Positions 37,037 through 46,307 of a DNA stretch of 51,314 nucleotides are shown here, in pieces. The stretch is from IMG/VR virus record IMGVR_UViG_3300017828_000080, positions 1 through 51,314 of that record; one strand, written 5' to 3'. Made by a program: the position numbers and the translations under genes. This DNA is from a virus (lineage: Duplodnaviria; Caudoviricetes). The notes under the pieces were generated by a model, which searched no databases, was not told the DNA's origin, and was given only the letters and a program-made list of their open reading frames with translations. The stretch's first letter is position 1. Each line of letters starts with the position of its first letter.

Positions 37037-38434
37037 ATGAAATTTAGGGAATCATTGAAAAAGGTCGGAAAGGTCGCAGTAGAAGAGTTACAGAAGGTCG
37101 GAGGGGGGCCTGATGCTCGTTCCATTGATAGATTCCCTAGTCTCAGCACCTCTAGAAGTCGTGTCACAAGCGAAAATGGGAGAGATAAGCATTATCCAGA
37201 TAGAAGAAAATTACAAGAGTATTGGGAACTTTACCAAGAAGTTCCTTTAATTCGTCAACCTATTCGTTCCTTCGCTTCGGAAGTTATTGCTCCCGGTTAC
37301 TACATTGATGCAGAAGATGATGAGTTAAAGGAAGATATTGAAGACTGGTTATCTCAATGTGCTATTGTTAGTGGAGAGATTGATAAAGATTTCTCTGAGT
37401 TAATTAAGAAAAGCACGGTACAAAGAGAAGTAAAGGGAACATCTTTAGTCGAGAAAGTTGAGATTGAAGAAGGTAATGGTCTTTATGGTTTTAAGTTACT
37501 GCGTCCTGAAACCATTCGTGTTTTCACGAAACCGGGGCAAACTGTCCTACTACCTCCCGATTATGATTATGAGAGGTATCAGAATCAAAGTGGAATGTTA
37601 GGCAAACTTGCTTCTTCACAGGATTTTTATACTGACGATGAAGGCAACGTTGCTGCATATGTTCAGTTAGACAATGCACTTAATGATAGAGATGAAGGAT
37701 ACTATATTCCTTTCACACGGAATAAAATCATAAAACTAACACGAGACGCTGATGTTGGGCAAGTTTTGGGACGTTCTCGCATTGCCGCTGTTGAAGATAG
37801 ACTACTTGCCCTTTTGAAAAAGTTGGAAGATAACGACAAAGCAATTGAGTCATTAGCACATCCTTTCCAATTATTCAAGTTCGGTTCTGAAGATTCACCT
37901 TGGTCGCCTGAAGAGATTCAGAAGTTTATGGATGAACATGACCAGAGCAATTTTGAACCGGGAATGAAGCAAGGTGTCCAAGGTGATTTGTCTGTTGAAA
38001 CCGTTTCGGGAGAAGTTGCCCCCATAGAAGATTTTCTCGATTTTGACTTAAATTATATTATTACAGAAATGCCCATGCCGAGATATGCATTGGGCGGTTT
38101 TGAGTCTGAGGTTAATCAATTTGTTAGTCGTTCTCAGGAGCAAAGATTGGAAAATCAACTTTCTGAGGCACGGAATGAAATTGAAAGAGAATGGAATCCT
38201 GTTATTGAACAGAAAGTTGAAGAGATGGGTCATAGTGTTAATGATTTTAACTCTCTTAAAATCGGTCAAGACCCAGAAGAAATAAACTTGGTTAAGGAAG
38301 CTAAGGGTGAAGACAATATTCCTTCTGGAAATAACAGTAATGAAGTCAATTCTGGTGCTGGTGGGACTGACTTCACACGCCCACCTGCTTCTTCTGAAGA
38401 TGATAGAACTATGAAAGATGAACGTGATTCTTAA
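37037..38434 (+). CDS. Portal protein
   Basis: Follows TerL, 465 aa; GTSLVEK, LRPETI, GRSRI, MPRYALG. Confidence 0.85.
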   Translation: MKFRESLKKVGKVAVEELQKVGGGPDARSIDRFPSLSTSRSRVTSENGRDKHYPDRRKLQEYWELYQEVPLIRQPIRSFASEVIAPGYYIDAEDDELKEDIEDWLSQCAIVSGEIDKDFSELIKKSTVQREVKGTSLVEKVEIEEGNGLYGFKLLRPETIRVFTKPGQTVLLPPDYDYERYQNQSGMLGKLASSQDFYTDDEGNVAAYVQLDNALNDRDEGYYIPFTRNKIIKLTRDADVGQVLGRSRIAAVEDRLLALLKKLEDNDKAIESLAHPFQLFKFGSEDSPWSPEEIQKFMDEHDQSNFEPGMKQGVQGDLSVETVSGEVAPIEDFLDFDLNYIITEMPMPRYALGGFESEVNQFVSRSQEQRLENQLSEARNEIEREWNPVIEQKVEEMGHSVNDFNSLKIGQDPEEINLVKEAKGEDNIPSGNNSNEVNSGAGGTDFTRPPASSEDDRTMKDERDS

Positions 38435-38436
38435 TT

Positions 38437-40593
38437 ATGTCTGTTTCTGATAGTAGAGGCGTTTCTGGGAAATGCCATGTTTCCGATGAAAATAGAACTG
38501 ATGAAGGTCTTTTAAAAGTACATGGTGTTGCTTTAGGAGATAATGATATTACTATTGGTTCTACATCCAATGAAAAGAAACTCTGGCGTCCTGAAGTTTT
38601 GAGCGAATCCGCTTCATATCTTGAAGGTCGTGATATTGTTGTTAATCACGAAAATCACGATGCTTACAAGAAAGTTGGTGAAGTAAAAGAGGTTCAGCAC
38701 CAAAAAGGTAAAGGGATTGTTTATCAGGGTGTTATTATGGATGATGAACTAGAAGACAAAGTTGAACTTGGATGGCTTGATGTCAGCCCCAAGGTCATTC
38801 ATAGTGAAGACCATGACAATGTAAATGGTGTAAAATCACCCAATAAAATTCTGGATTTCCCTAATTTATCGATTGTTAGAAGGGGCGCATCTCCAAGCAA
38901 TGAACTTCGGGCTGGTGAACATCCTAGTATGTCTGTTGAAGAGTTGCAGTCTTGCTTTAAAACAGACGAAGTACAAGAGTATCATTTCAACTGTTCGGAA
39001 GAGTTAGAAAATGGCTTAGACGATTTTGACTTTGCACAGTGGTTATTTGAAACTCCTGAAGCCGCGATAGGCGCTGCTCAAGCATTCCCCTGTTCTGGAG
39101 TCCATGAACATACTGTAGAAGGAAAAACTTGGTATATGCCTTGCTCTTCTCATGAAAAGTTTTTGCAGTCTGTAGAAGAAGCAAACTCTGAAGAACTTGC
39201 TAAGTTTGGAGAAGATGAATTTGTAACGTGGGATGACGGTAATGCTCATGGTAAAATCGTGGACTGGACCGATGATGGAGTGTATGATGCTTCCATAGAT
39301 GGGGACGTTAGTGTTGAAGGTACTTCTGACGACCCTGCCGCTCTCATTCAGATTCATAAAGAAGTTGATGGTGGGTGGAAGGCAGAAGATACTATGGTTG
39401 CTCATAAATTTTCAACACTAAATAAATGGGAACCTAGCTCTATAGTTGAAGAGAATATATCTGAAGAAGAAATGCAGTTGTCTCAAGCAAGGACTCCTGA
39501 TTATGACGAGACAGAGACTACTTCTTGGGCTGATGTTTCTAAAACCCTTGAAAATTTCTTGTCGGGTGTTTCTGGAGATACGGATGACGTTAATAGTGTT
39601 GGAGACTTGACAAACGACCAGAAGACTGAACTTGCTTCTCATACTCTTTTAGGTAATCCTAACGGAACTACTTTTAGAGAAGTGGTTTTCTTCCCCGTTG
39701 TTAATCCCAATACAGGTGATTTAAACAAGGGTGCATTAGAAGCTGTACGTGGAGGAAGGGGGCATTCTGCTGATATTTCAGATTCAGCATTCAGTTCTGC
39801 GTTTGAGAAAGCCGGGAGACTTCTCAATAAAGAATTTAGTAGTGAAGTAGAAGTTGAGATGTCGGCTTCTTCTTATACTTCTGCTGTTGTCTCTGTTGAG
39901 TTAGATGTTAATCAAGAAGACTTAGATGAAGTTTATTCTGATTGGTCAGAAGAAGTTAATATGACCGAATCGGAGTTGAGAGAATGGAGTGGAAATCCTT
40001 GTTCCCGTGAAGCTTCTTTAGATTCTGAGGCTGTGATTGAAAGGAACTTACGTCTACTTGAAACTCCTAAATCAGAATGGAGTGAAGAAGATATAAAGGA
40101 TGCGGAGAGAACTGTTAGTTTTATCAGTAGAATGCGTCCTAATGAGCCTGATAGTCCGAGAGATGGTCCCTTTGGCTGTCCGAGTGAGTGGGCTATTAGT
40201 CTTTTAAATTGGGCTTACAATCCCTTCGATACTGTCCCCGACGTACCTGATAACGAAGAATTAGATGATGTTGAGGAATTAGAAATGGCAAAGCATAAAA
40301 ATGAAATGTCTCAAGAAGAACAACGGATGGCTTCAATGCTTTCTTCTCATTCTTCGATGACAAAAGAAGAAGCTATGGGGATGATTTCTTCTGTGAATCC
40401 TAATCGAGAAACGGATGTTGCTTCTCTTGCCAAGGCTACTTCTGTAGCACTAGGCGCACATAAAGAGGAAATGCAGAAGTTGATGGAGAGAATGAGAAAA
40501 CATGAAGATGAAATGAATAGTAAAGAGACTCGTGACGTTATGCAACGTCATGTCTCTGAAGAGGAAAGTACTCTGAATAAAATAGTTAATTAA
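38437..40593 (+). CDS. Prohead maturation protease with multiple C-terminal accessory domains
   Basis: N-terminal VVNH...VGEV...DVSP...LSIV..GA protease pattern; about 550 aa of further modules. Confidence 0.78.
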   Translation: MSVSDSRGVSGKCHVSDENRTDEGLLKVHGVALGDNDITIGSTSNEKKLWRPEVLSESASYLEGRDIVVNHENHDAYKKVGEVKEVQHQKGKGIVYQGVIMDDELEDKVELGWLDVSPKVIHSEDHDNVNGVKSPNKILDFPNLSIVRRGASPSNELRAGEHPSMSVEELQSCFKTDEVQEYHFNCSEELENGLDDFDFAQWLFETPEAAIGAAQAFPCSGVHEHTVEGKTWYMPCSSHEKFLQSVEEANSEELAKFGEDEFVTWDDGNAHGKIVDWTDDGVYDASIDGDVSVEGTSDDPAALIQIHKEVDGGWKAEDTMVAHKFSTLNKWEPSSIVEENISEEEMQLSQARTPDYDETETTSWADVSKTLENFLSGVSGDTDDVNSVGDLTNDQKTELASHTLLGNPNGTTFREVVFFPVVNPNTGDLNKGALEAVRGGRGHSADISDSAFSSAFEKAGRLLNKEFSSEVEVEMSASSYTSAVVSVELDVNQEDLDEVYSDWSEEVNMTESELREWSGNPCSREASLDSEAVIERNLRLLETPKSEWSEEDIKDAERTVSFISRMRPNEPDSPRDGPFGCPSEWAISLLNWAYNPFDTVPDVPDNEELDDVEELEMAKHKNEMSQEEQRMASMLSSHSSMTKEEAMGMISSVNPNRETDVASLAKATSVALGAHKEEMQKLMERMRKHEDEMNSKETRDVMQRHVSEEESTLNKIVN

Positions 40594-40668
40594 TCAGTAA
40601 TATGATTCCTCCCAGAGTTTAAAATAAGTGGGGATGATTGCTGGATGATAAAATGGTGAATTTTATAT

Positions 40669-41223
40669 ATGTCTGACAACATTAATGAAGAAGTGCTGAA
40701 TCGACTTGAAGCCGAAGCAACGGTCGCTGATGCTGATGCTGAAGAGTTGACAATTGCTGTAGAATCGGATATAGAAGAGAAAGAAAATCAGGTTGAAGAG
40801 CTTCAGCAGAAGGTTGAAGAGCGCGAATCGGAAGTTGAAGAACTCCGAGAGGAAGTTGACGAAAAAGAAAATCAGGTTGAAGAAATGAGTGAGAAAATTG
40901 ACGAAGTTATTGATTCGTATGCTGAAGAACTCGCTGCTCATAGTGAATTTATGAGTGAAGAAGACTTTAAGGAGAAGTTTGAATTTGAAGAGCTTCAGCA
41001 GAAGGTTGAAGATATGGAAGAAGAAACACGTCCTGCTCCGAATGGTGGCGACCCCGGTGCTGGTTTCCAGTCTGGCGCACAGGAAGGTGCTTCTGAAGGG
41101 GGAGATGTTGAACTGAGTGAAGAAGAGGAACTTGCCGCTTCTTCGTTCAAGGAACGTGCTAGAAAGCGTGGAAAGGGATACTGGGCCGAAATTGCAGAAG
41201 ATATTGAAAACGGAGGTGAATAA
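40669..41223 (+). CDS. Scaffold-like coiled-coil protein
   Basis: Highly acidic heptad repeats; between protease and capsid genes. Confidence 0.7.
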   Translation: MSDNINEEVLNRLEAEATVADADAEELTIAVESDIEEKENQVEELQQKVEERESEVEELREEVDEKENQVEEMSEKIDEVIDSYAEELAAHSEFMSEEDFKEKFEFEELQQKVEDMEEETRPAPNGGDPGAGFQSGAQEGASEGGDVELSEEEELAASSFKERARKRGKGYWAEIAEDIENGGE

Positions 41224-41225
41224 AT

Positions 41226-41756
41226 ATGTCTACAAGTCAGTGGAAGAACGATGGTGAATTAATTACTAGTAACACCACCGATATGAACCTGAATCCGGGT
41301 GATGTTATCAGTGACCGGACTATGACTCTCGATGCTGGTTCAAATACTATCAAGATGGGTGGTGCTGTGAAGTTTGATGGTAGTGGTAAAATTACGCATA
41401 CTACTGCTAATCAGGACGATGTTATTGGTTTTGTTACTCCTGAATCGTCTGACAAGGCTGATAATTATTACACTGTTCAGTTACTCGGTCATGTCTTTGC
41501 TGCTCAGTTAGATGGACAGGCTGGTACTAGTCCCAGTCCCGGTGATGTTCTAATTCCAAGTGCTAACGATGATGGTGCTTGGACTGTTTCGGATGGTGGG
41601 ACTGGTGGTGATGGGGGCGTTTCTGAAAGTGTTGATACGTCTAGTGGGGACACGTATGAATTATACATGAACCATCCGATTGCTCTTGAAAGTGGCACTG
41701 GTGCTACTACAGGTGGCAATCTGGATGGTGATGTGATTCTTGCATTTTATAGGTAA
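41226..41756 (+). CDS. Head decoration/cement protein
   Basis: Gly-rich beta protein immediately before the major capsid gene. Confidence 0.6.
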   Translation: MSTSQWKNDGELITSNTTDMNLNPGDVISDRTMTLDAGSNTIKMGGAVKFDGSGKITHTTANQDDVIGFVTPESSDKADNYYTVQLLGHVFAAQLDGQAGTSPSPGDVLIPSANDDGAWTVSDGGTGGDGGVSESVDTSSGDTYELYMNHPIALESGTGATTGGNLDGDVILAFYR

Positions 41757-41776
41757 ATTAATTTAGGTGATAATAT

Positions 41777-42619
41777 ATGGTTAATGTTACTACTAATGAT
41801 ATTCTGTCGGAAGAGGCTATTAGACGAGTTATTGAGGAAGAGCGACAGTGGCCCTTGGTTTTCAATCGTGCATTCAGGGATATTAATATGCCTGATGATT
41901 ATCCGGCTAAGACGATGCACATTCCCAAGGATGAAGGTCTTATGTCAGAACCTCGTCGGGTGACAGAGGGGAGCGAATATCCACGAACTGAAGAGGGTGA
42001 AGAGACGATTCCTGTTACCGTGAAGAAGCACGGTTTCGAGGTTGCTATTACGTGGGAATCGACTGAATTTTCGGTTTTCGATGTTATAGCGCGTCAGACT
42101 GAAAAGGCAGCCCGTCGATTCAATGAGTACATCAATGGTCTTGCTTTTAATATCATTGATGATACAAACAATCAGCATCCCAACAGTCCTGTTCAGCCCG
42201 GAGATACTAGTGAGTCTAGCGGCTTCGACTTCGGCCTCGTGACGTATGCCGAAAGGCTTCTCAAAGACGAGCAACTTATGCCGGATATGATGGTTGTCAA
42301 TACTCGTGGAGAACACGTCATTAAGAATTCTGATGGGTTCCAGCGGGCTACGGACCTTGCTGATGAAATGATTCGTGAGGGTGCTATTGGTCGTTATAAT
42401 GGTCTAGATGTTATGGTTGACCAGTCTGGTCGTATGTCTGATACGACTGCTGAAGGTTATCTTATTGACACTGACGAATACGGATATGAAGTTGTCAAAG
42501 AAGATATTACTACTGAGCAGTATGAAGCACCAGAACGTGATTCGGATGTCTGGAAGTGGCGAACTATGCGGAACTGGTTAGTCGTTCACAGTGAAGCGGC
42601 TATCAAATTCACAGAGTGA
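41777..42619 (+). CDS. Major capsid protein (HK97 fold)
   Basis: VTEGSEYP, VKKHGFEVAITWE, GAIGRYNGLDV, AAIK. Confidence 0.88.
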   Translation: MVNVTTNDILSEEAIRRVIEEERQWPLVFNRAFRDINMPDDYPAKTMHIPKDEGLMSEPRRVTEGSEYPRTEEGEETIPVTVKKHGFEVAITWESTEFSVFDVIARQTEKAARRFNEYINGLAFNIIDDTNNQHPNSPVQPGDTSESSGFDFGLVTYAERLLKDEQLMPDMMVVNTRGEHVIKNSDGFQRATDLADEMIREGAIGRYNGLDVMVDQSGRMSDTTAEGYLIDTDEYGYEVVKEDITTEQYEAPERDSDVWKWRTMRNWLVVHSEAAIKFTE

Positions 42620-42672
42620 TTGACTAATAATTCTGTAGTATAGTTTATGAATAAATTATTTTTGGATACAAG

Positions 42673-43107
42673 ATGACTGCAATGGATACCAGTCTTTCCG
42701 ATTCAGATTTGATTAGTGAGGTGCGTGATTCACTTGCTGGAATAGACACTTCTAAAATTCCCGATGATACTATAACTCAAGCGGCTGATAGATTTGTTGT
42801 ACCGCTTTTGAATGATATTTCTTCCGTAGGTACGAATAAGCAAGATGAATTTGATAATGCTGTTATAGCTTTGACTGCCGAGAGGTCTTTTTCTGCATGG
42901 CTGGCATTTACTCGTTTACGAGATGCAGAGGTAGAGAGTTATATAAACCCTCAACAGTATCTTACCCAACTTAAGGAGAGGTCTAATTTGGCTCTGAGGC
43001 AGATTAATGCTTCCCGACCTCCAGAGATACCGAATCAAGTTGTTACTGTTAAACATGATGGTAAACATCGAAAAGTAGACCTGCAAAAGAACTGGGTTAC
43101 TGAATAA
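42673..43107 (+). CDS. Head-tail adaptor
   Basis: Helical 144-aa protein after the MCP; positional call. Confidence 0.6.
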   Translation: MTAMDTSLSDSDLISEVRDSLAGIDTSKIPDDTITQAADRFVVPLLNDISSVGTNKQDEFDNAVIALTAERSFSAWLAFTRLRDAEVESYINPQQYLTQLKERSNLALRQINASRPPEIPNQVVTVKHDGKHRKVDLQKNWVTE

Positions 43108-43478
43108 TGACATTGATTGAATCTGCTGCTCAACAGTTAATTTCTGAGTTTGGGGTAAACGTTCGTGTATATCCTCAAGATTCTCAGAGTCCCGATGATT
43201 CAAATGACCCAGTATTTTTCTCAGAGTCGGAAAATGAAAGCACGTATTCGGAACATAAGGTTCGGTTATATACGTCTGCTTCAGAAGAGTTGATGAAAGA
43301 GTATGGGTTAGAAGCTAATGCAGATGCTATGATGTACTCTACATCAGATATTGTAGAGCAGGGAGATAGAGTAACTTATCCGAACGGTGGGTATAAGTGG
43401 AACGTAGAAGAGACTGCAACAAATCAAATCGATGCTTCTGGACCGTATATATTTATCTACAGTATGGGGGCTGTATGA
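43107..43478 (+). CDS. Head closure protein
   Basis: LISEFG.NV, QGDRV...W.V pattern; position. Confidence 0.6.
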   Translation: MTLIESAAQQLISEFGVNVRVYPQDSQSPDDSNDPVFFSESENESTYSEHKVRLYTSASEELMKEYGLEANADAMMYSTSDIVEQGDRVTYPNGGYKWNVEETATNQIDASGPYIFIYSMGAV

Positions 43479-43889
43479 ATGAGTGAGTTTGATGTAGAAA
43501 TTATCGGTGATGAACCGGGAGAAATTGAAGAAAGACTTTCTGCTTTAGGAACGACTGCTCAAAGCCGAACTAATGATGCTTTGTTGGAGACTGCTGAAGA
43601 TGTGAAGAATGATTTAGAACAGTCTTCTCCAGTTGATACTGGTGAATATAAAGGTTCGTGGTATATTTTTCAAGTTGATGAAGGAGAAGTTTGGATATTG
43701 AATGAAGCAGAACACGCACAATTTGTAATGCTTCCAAATAGTGTTATGGTAGGAAGTTCTGAAGCGGATTTACCTGCTAGCGGAGTTTTGCATAATGTGA
43801 AAGGAGTTGCACGAAATCATAAAAAATCTCTCAATTTAGATATATCTGATATGTTAGAAGAATTGTTTTCTGAATTTGAGGTGAGTTAA
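43479..43889 (+). CDS. HK97 gp10-like tail completion protein
   Basis: SPVDTGEYKGSW, N..EHAQFV. Confidence 0.72.
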   Translation: MSEFDVEIIGDEPGEIEERLSALGTTAQSRTNDALLETAEDVKNDLEQSSPVDTGEYKGSWYIFQVDEGEVWILNEAEHAQFVMLPNSVMVGSSEADLPASGVLHNVKGVARNHKKSLNLDISDMLEELFSEFEVS

Positions 43890-44375
43890 ATGTCGAATTT
43901 AACAAATTCAAATTCTGATTTGATTCAGGGATTGGTTCTTCTTCTCCGCTCTGAAATAGGTGATGGTTCTAACGGTTTTTCGACTAATTCTGAGTATAAT
44001 GTTCCTAATGTATGGGGAGAAAGTGTCCCCGATTCTGCTCGACAGGAATACCCTCGCGGGACTGTTGATGTGATTTCGGGAAATGATTTTGAACTTTCTG
44101 TAGATTTAGGCATACGCCTTCGTGAAGTTACAGTAAAATTTGTTGTATTTGCTAAGGCGAATGGTCCTGTAGAAGAATTGATTGATGATATAGAAGATAC
44201 TGTTGCAGGGGAATGGGAGAAAGACAACCCTGATACTGGGAATCCTTATCTTGGTGATTGGTCTTTGAGAGAAGTAGATGGTTTTACTGATTTAAATGAG
44301 AGTAAAGAGACAGAAGGAGATTTGCGTTATTCTCGTTCTGTAGACGTAATTTTCGAGACAATAAAAAATAATTAA
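43890..44375 (+). CDS. Tail terminator
   Basis: YPR motif; position before the tail tube gene. Confidence 0.6.
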   Translation: MSNLTNSNSDLIQGLVLLLRSEIGDGSNGFSTNSEYNVPNVWGESVPDSARQEYPRGTVDVISGNDFELSVDLGIRLREVTVKFVVFAKANGPVEELIDDIEDTVAGEWEKDNPDTGNPYLGDWSLREVDGFTDLNESKETEGDLRYSRSVDVIFETIKNN

Positions 44376-44386
44376 AGTGATTAATA

Positions 44387-45577
44387 ATGGCTGGACAAAA
44401 TGTAGTTATTGGTAGTCAACCCGTCGAATATGCAGAAGAGAGTAGTTTTGGAACTGATGTTAGTTCTGATACTTCTTGGAACTGGTTTGGGATAATTAAT
44501 TCGTGGAATCCCGAACAGGGAGTTGAATCTGAAAGTATCACGTACCTTCCAGAGTATAATGCATCTAACAAGCTAGAAAAGAGAGTGAATGTAAAACTCC
44601 GTGAAATGTATTCTGGTGATGTTACATATCATCCCCAGACAGGTTTTGATTTCCTCAAGTTTTTCACGGGGACTGTTGGTGGAACGAGTGACGAAGTTCC
44701 GTCAATCCAAGTTGGAGAGGTAAACGAGAGTGTTTCTCCAAATGAGTATCGTAGGTTGAAGGGTGGAGTTGGGGAAGAAGTTACTATTACTGTTGAAGAA
44801 GATGGAGTTGTTGAAGTTGAGGGTTCATTCATTTTTGCGGGAGCAAATGATTGGATTGACATTGATTATGTTGGAGATAGCGGTATCGTTGCTCTTAGTT
44901 CGACTGTCACTCCTGTTACTGATGAAGTTTCTGTAAAAACAGACACCGTTCAAAGTGGTCAAGTTGTCCTTTTGGATGGTAGTGATAATGAACTTGATAG
45001 AGTTGATGCAGATACTTCTTATGTAAACAGTTCTCAAGTTTCGGGGAGTGATGTTGCCAGTGTCAGACTCGTTAATAGTACGGCTTCGCAAGTTACTGGG
45101 GAAACAATTACGGTCAACACTGATGTTGATGGTAATGGAACTGATGAAACCGCTACTGTTGACTCTGAAGGTTCACACGCCACGGAAGATACTACGGAAC
45201 CTCTCTCTTATAATGACTTAAGTAACGTTACTTGGGGAGGAAATCCGATGAATGGGTCTATTGAAAGTATTGAACTTACAATTTCTAATGAACTTGCAGA
45301 AGTTCGTGACCCTGATACTGGAAGAGAGACGCAGTTAGCTGCTATTGTTCCCGTTGACCGCGAGATAACAGTTAGTGTTGATTTCACATACGAAAACTTT
45401 GACGTTCTTGAAGACGTTCGTAGTTATACTGCAAAGGACTTCAGTTTTGATATTGGAAATACTACTTTCACTGTTTCCGATGTGAAATTCCCTGAAGCTC
45501 CTTATGAGTACACAGCGGATGATTTAGTTGCAGACAGTCTCGATTCTGACCCTGCTAGCGCACTTACTTGGTCGTAA
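44387..45577 (+). CDS. Major tail (tube) protein with internal insertion
   Basis: YAEESSFG N-terminus, IESIELTISNEL, REITVSVDF; no sheath gene nearby. Confidence 0.8.
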   Translation: MAGQNVVIGSQPVEYAEESSFGTDVSSDTSWNWFGIINSWNPEQGVESESITYLPEYNASNKLEKRVNVKLREMYSGDVTYHPQTGFDFLKFFTGTVGGTSDEVPSIQVGEVNESVSPNEYRRLKGGVGEEVTITVEEDGVVEVEGSFIFAGANDWIDIDYVGDSGIVALSSTVTPVTDEVSVKTDTVQSGQVVLLDGSDNELDRVDADTSYVNSSQVSGSDVASVRLVNSTASQVTGETITVNTDVDGNGTDETATVDSEGSHATEDTTEPLSYNDLSNVTWGGNPMNGSIESIELTISNELAEVRDPDTGRETQLAAIVPVDREITVSVDFTYENFDVLEDVRSYTAKDFSFDIGNTTFTVSDVKFPEAPYEYTADDLVADSLDSDPASALTWS

Positions 45578-45597
45578 AACAATAGGTGATTTTAATA

Positions 45598-46029
45598 ATG
45601 TCATATTCTTTTGAACTTGGTAGAGAAAAGTATAAACTTGAAGGTAATCCGACTCTTGGTACTGTTAGGGAAGTCCAAGGAATGCAGACTGAACTCTTGC
45701 TTGATTATCTTGATGAAGAAGATTTACGACAAATGGAATCTCTAGAAGATGAGTCTGAGATTATTCAGGCTATCATTGATTCTGGGGGGATTGAAGCATT
45801 TGAAGAGGTTCAGTGGCGAAGAAGTTTACTTGAATCACGTCAGACAATTTGTTTAGCAGCCGATGAAAAGTTTACACCGGAGCAGTTTGAAAATATGCCT
45901 GCTAACACGTTTCGTGAAGTCTTAGAAGAGTCTAAAGAAGCTCTTGGTGGTGTTGATGCAAGTGGTTTTTTCAACGAGTTAGGAGTAGGTATGTCGTTGA
46001 GCGAGGAGCAGATGAACAAGGTACAGTAA
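45598..46029 (+). CDS. Tail assembly chaperone (gpG-like)
   Basis: Follows the tail tube gene; contains a slippery heptamer. Confidence 0.75.
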   Translation: MSYSFELGREKYKLEGNPTLGTVREVQGMQTELLLDYLDEEDLRQMESLEDESEIIQAIIDSGGIEAFEEVQWRRSLLESRQTICLAADEKFTPEQFENMPANTFREVLEESKEALGGVDASGFFNELGVGMSLSEEQMNKVQ

Positions 46030-46307
46030 TTGAAGTTGAGACTTCCGAAACTGAAGATATACTTGATGAAATACTCCCATTACAAGCTGAAGATAGAGTC
46101 CGTCAGATAAAACGTGCTATACGGGGAGATGATGGTTACGGTAAATATACAGAGCATAAATTAATGGCTGAATTTTCTATTGGATACCGGGAGTTAATGA
46201 ATTTCCCCTTTGAAAGATATTTAGAACACTCTAAAATATTAGAACTGGAAGCAAAAGAAGAAAAGAAACAACGTGAAAAAGAACAAAGTAATTTAGATAA
46301 AGTATGA
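45966..46307 (+). CDS. -1 frameshift extension of tail chaperone (gpGT-like)
   Basis: T TTT TTC at 45966-45972; -1 frame open for 113 codons (FQRVRSRYVVERG...KEQSNLDKV) to TGA overlapping ATG 46304. Confidence 0.75.
   Translation, partial: FFQRVRSRYVVERGADEQGTVIEVETSETEDILDEILPLQAEDRVRQIKRAIRGDDGYGKYTEHKLMAEFSIGYRELMNFPFERYLEHSKILELEAKEEKKQREKEQSNLDKV

Noticed and set aside
40778-41012. Direct repeats of 20-26 nt in the scaffold gene
   Set aside because: Coiled-coil coding duplications, not att sites or an array
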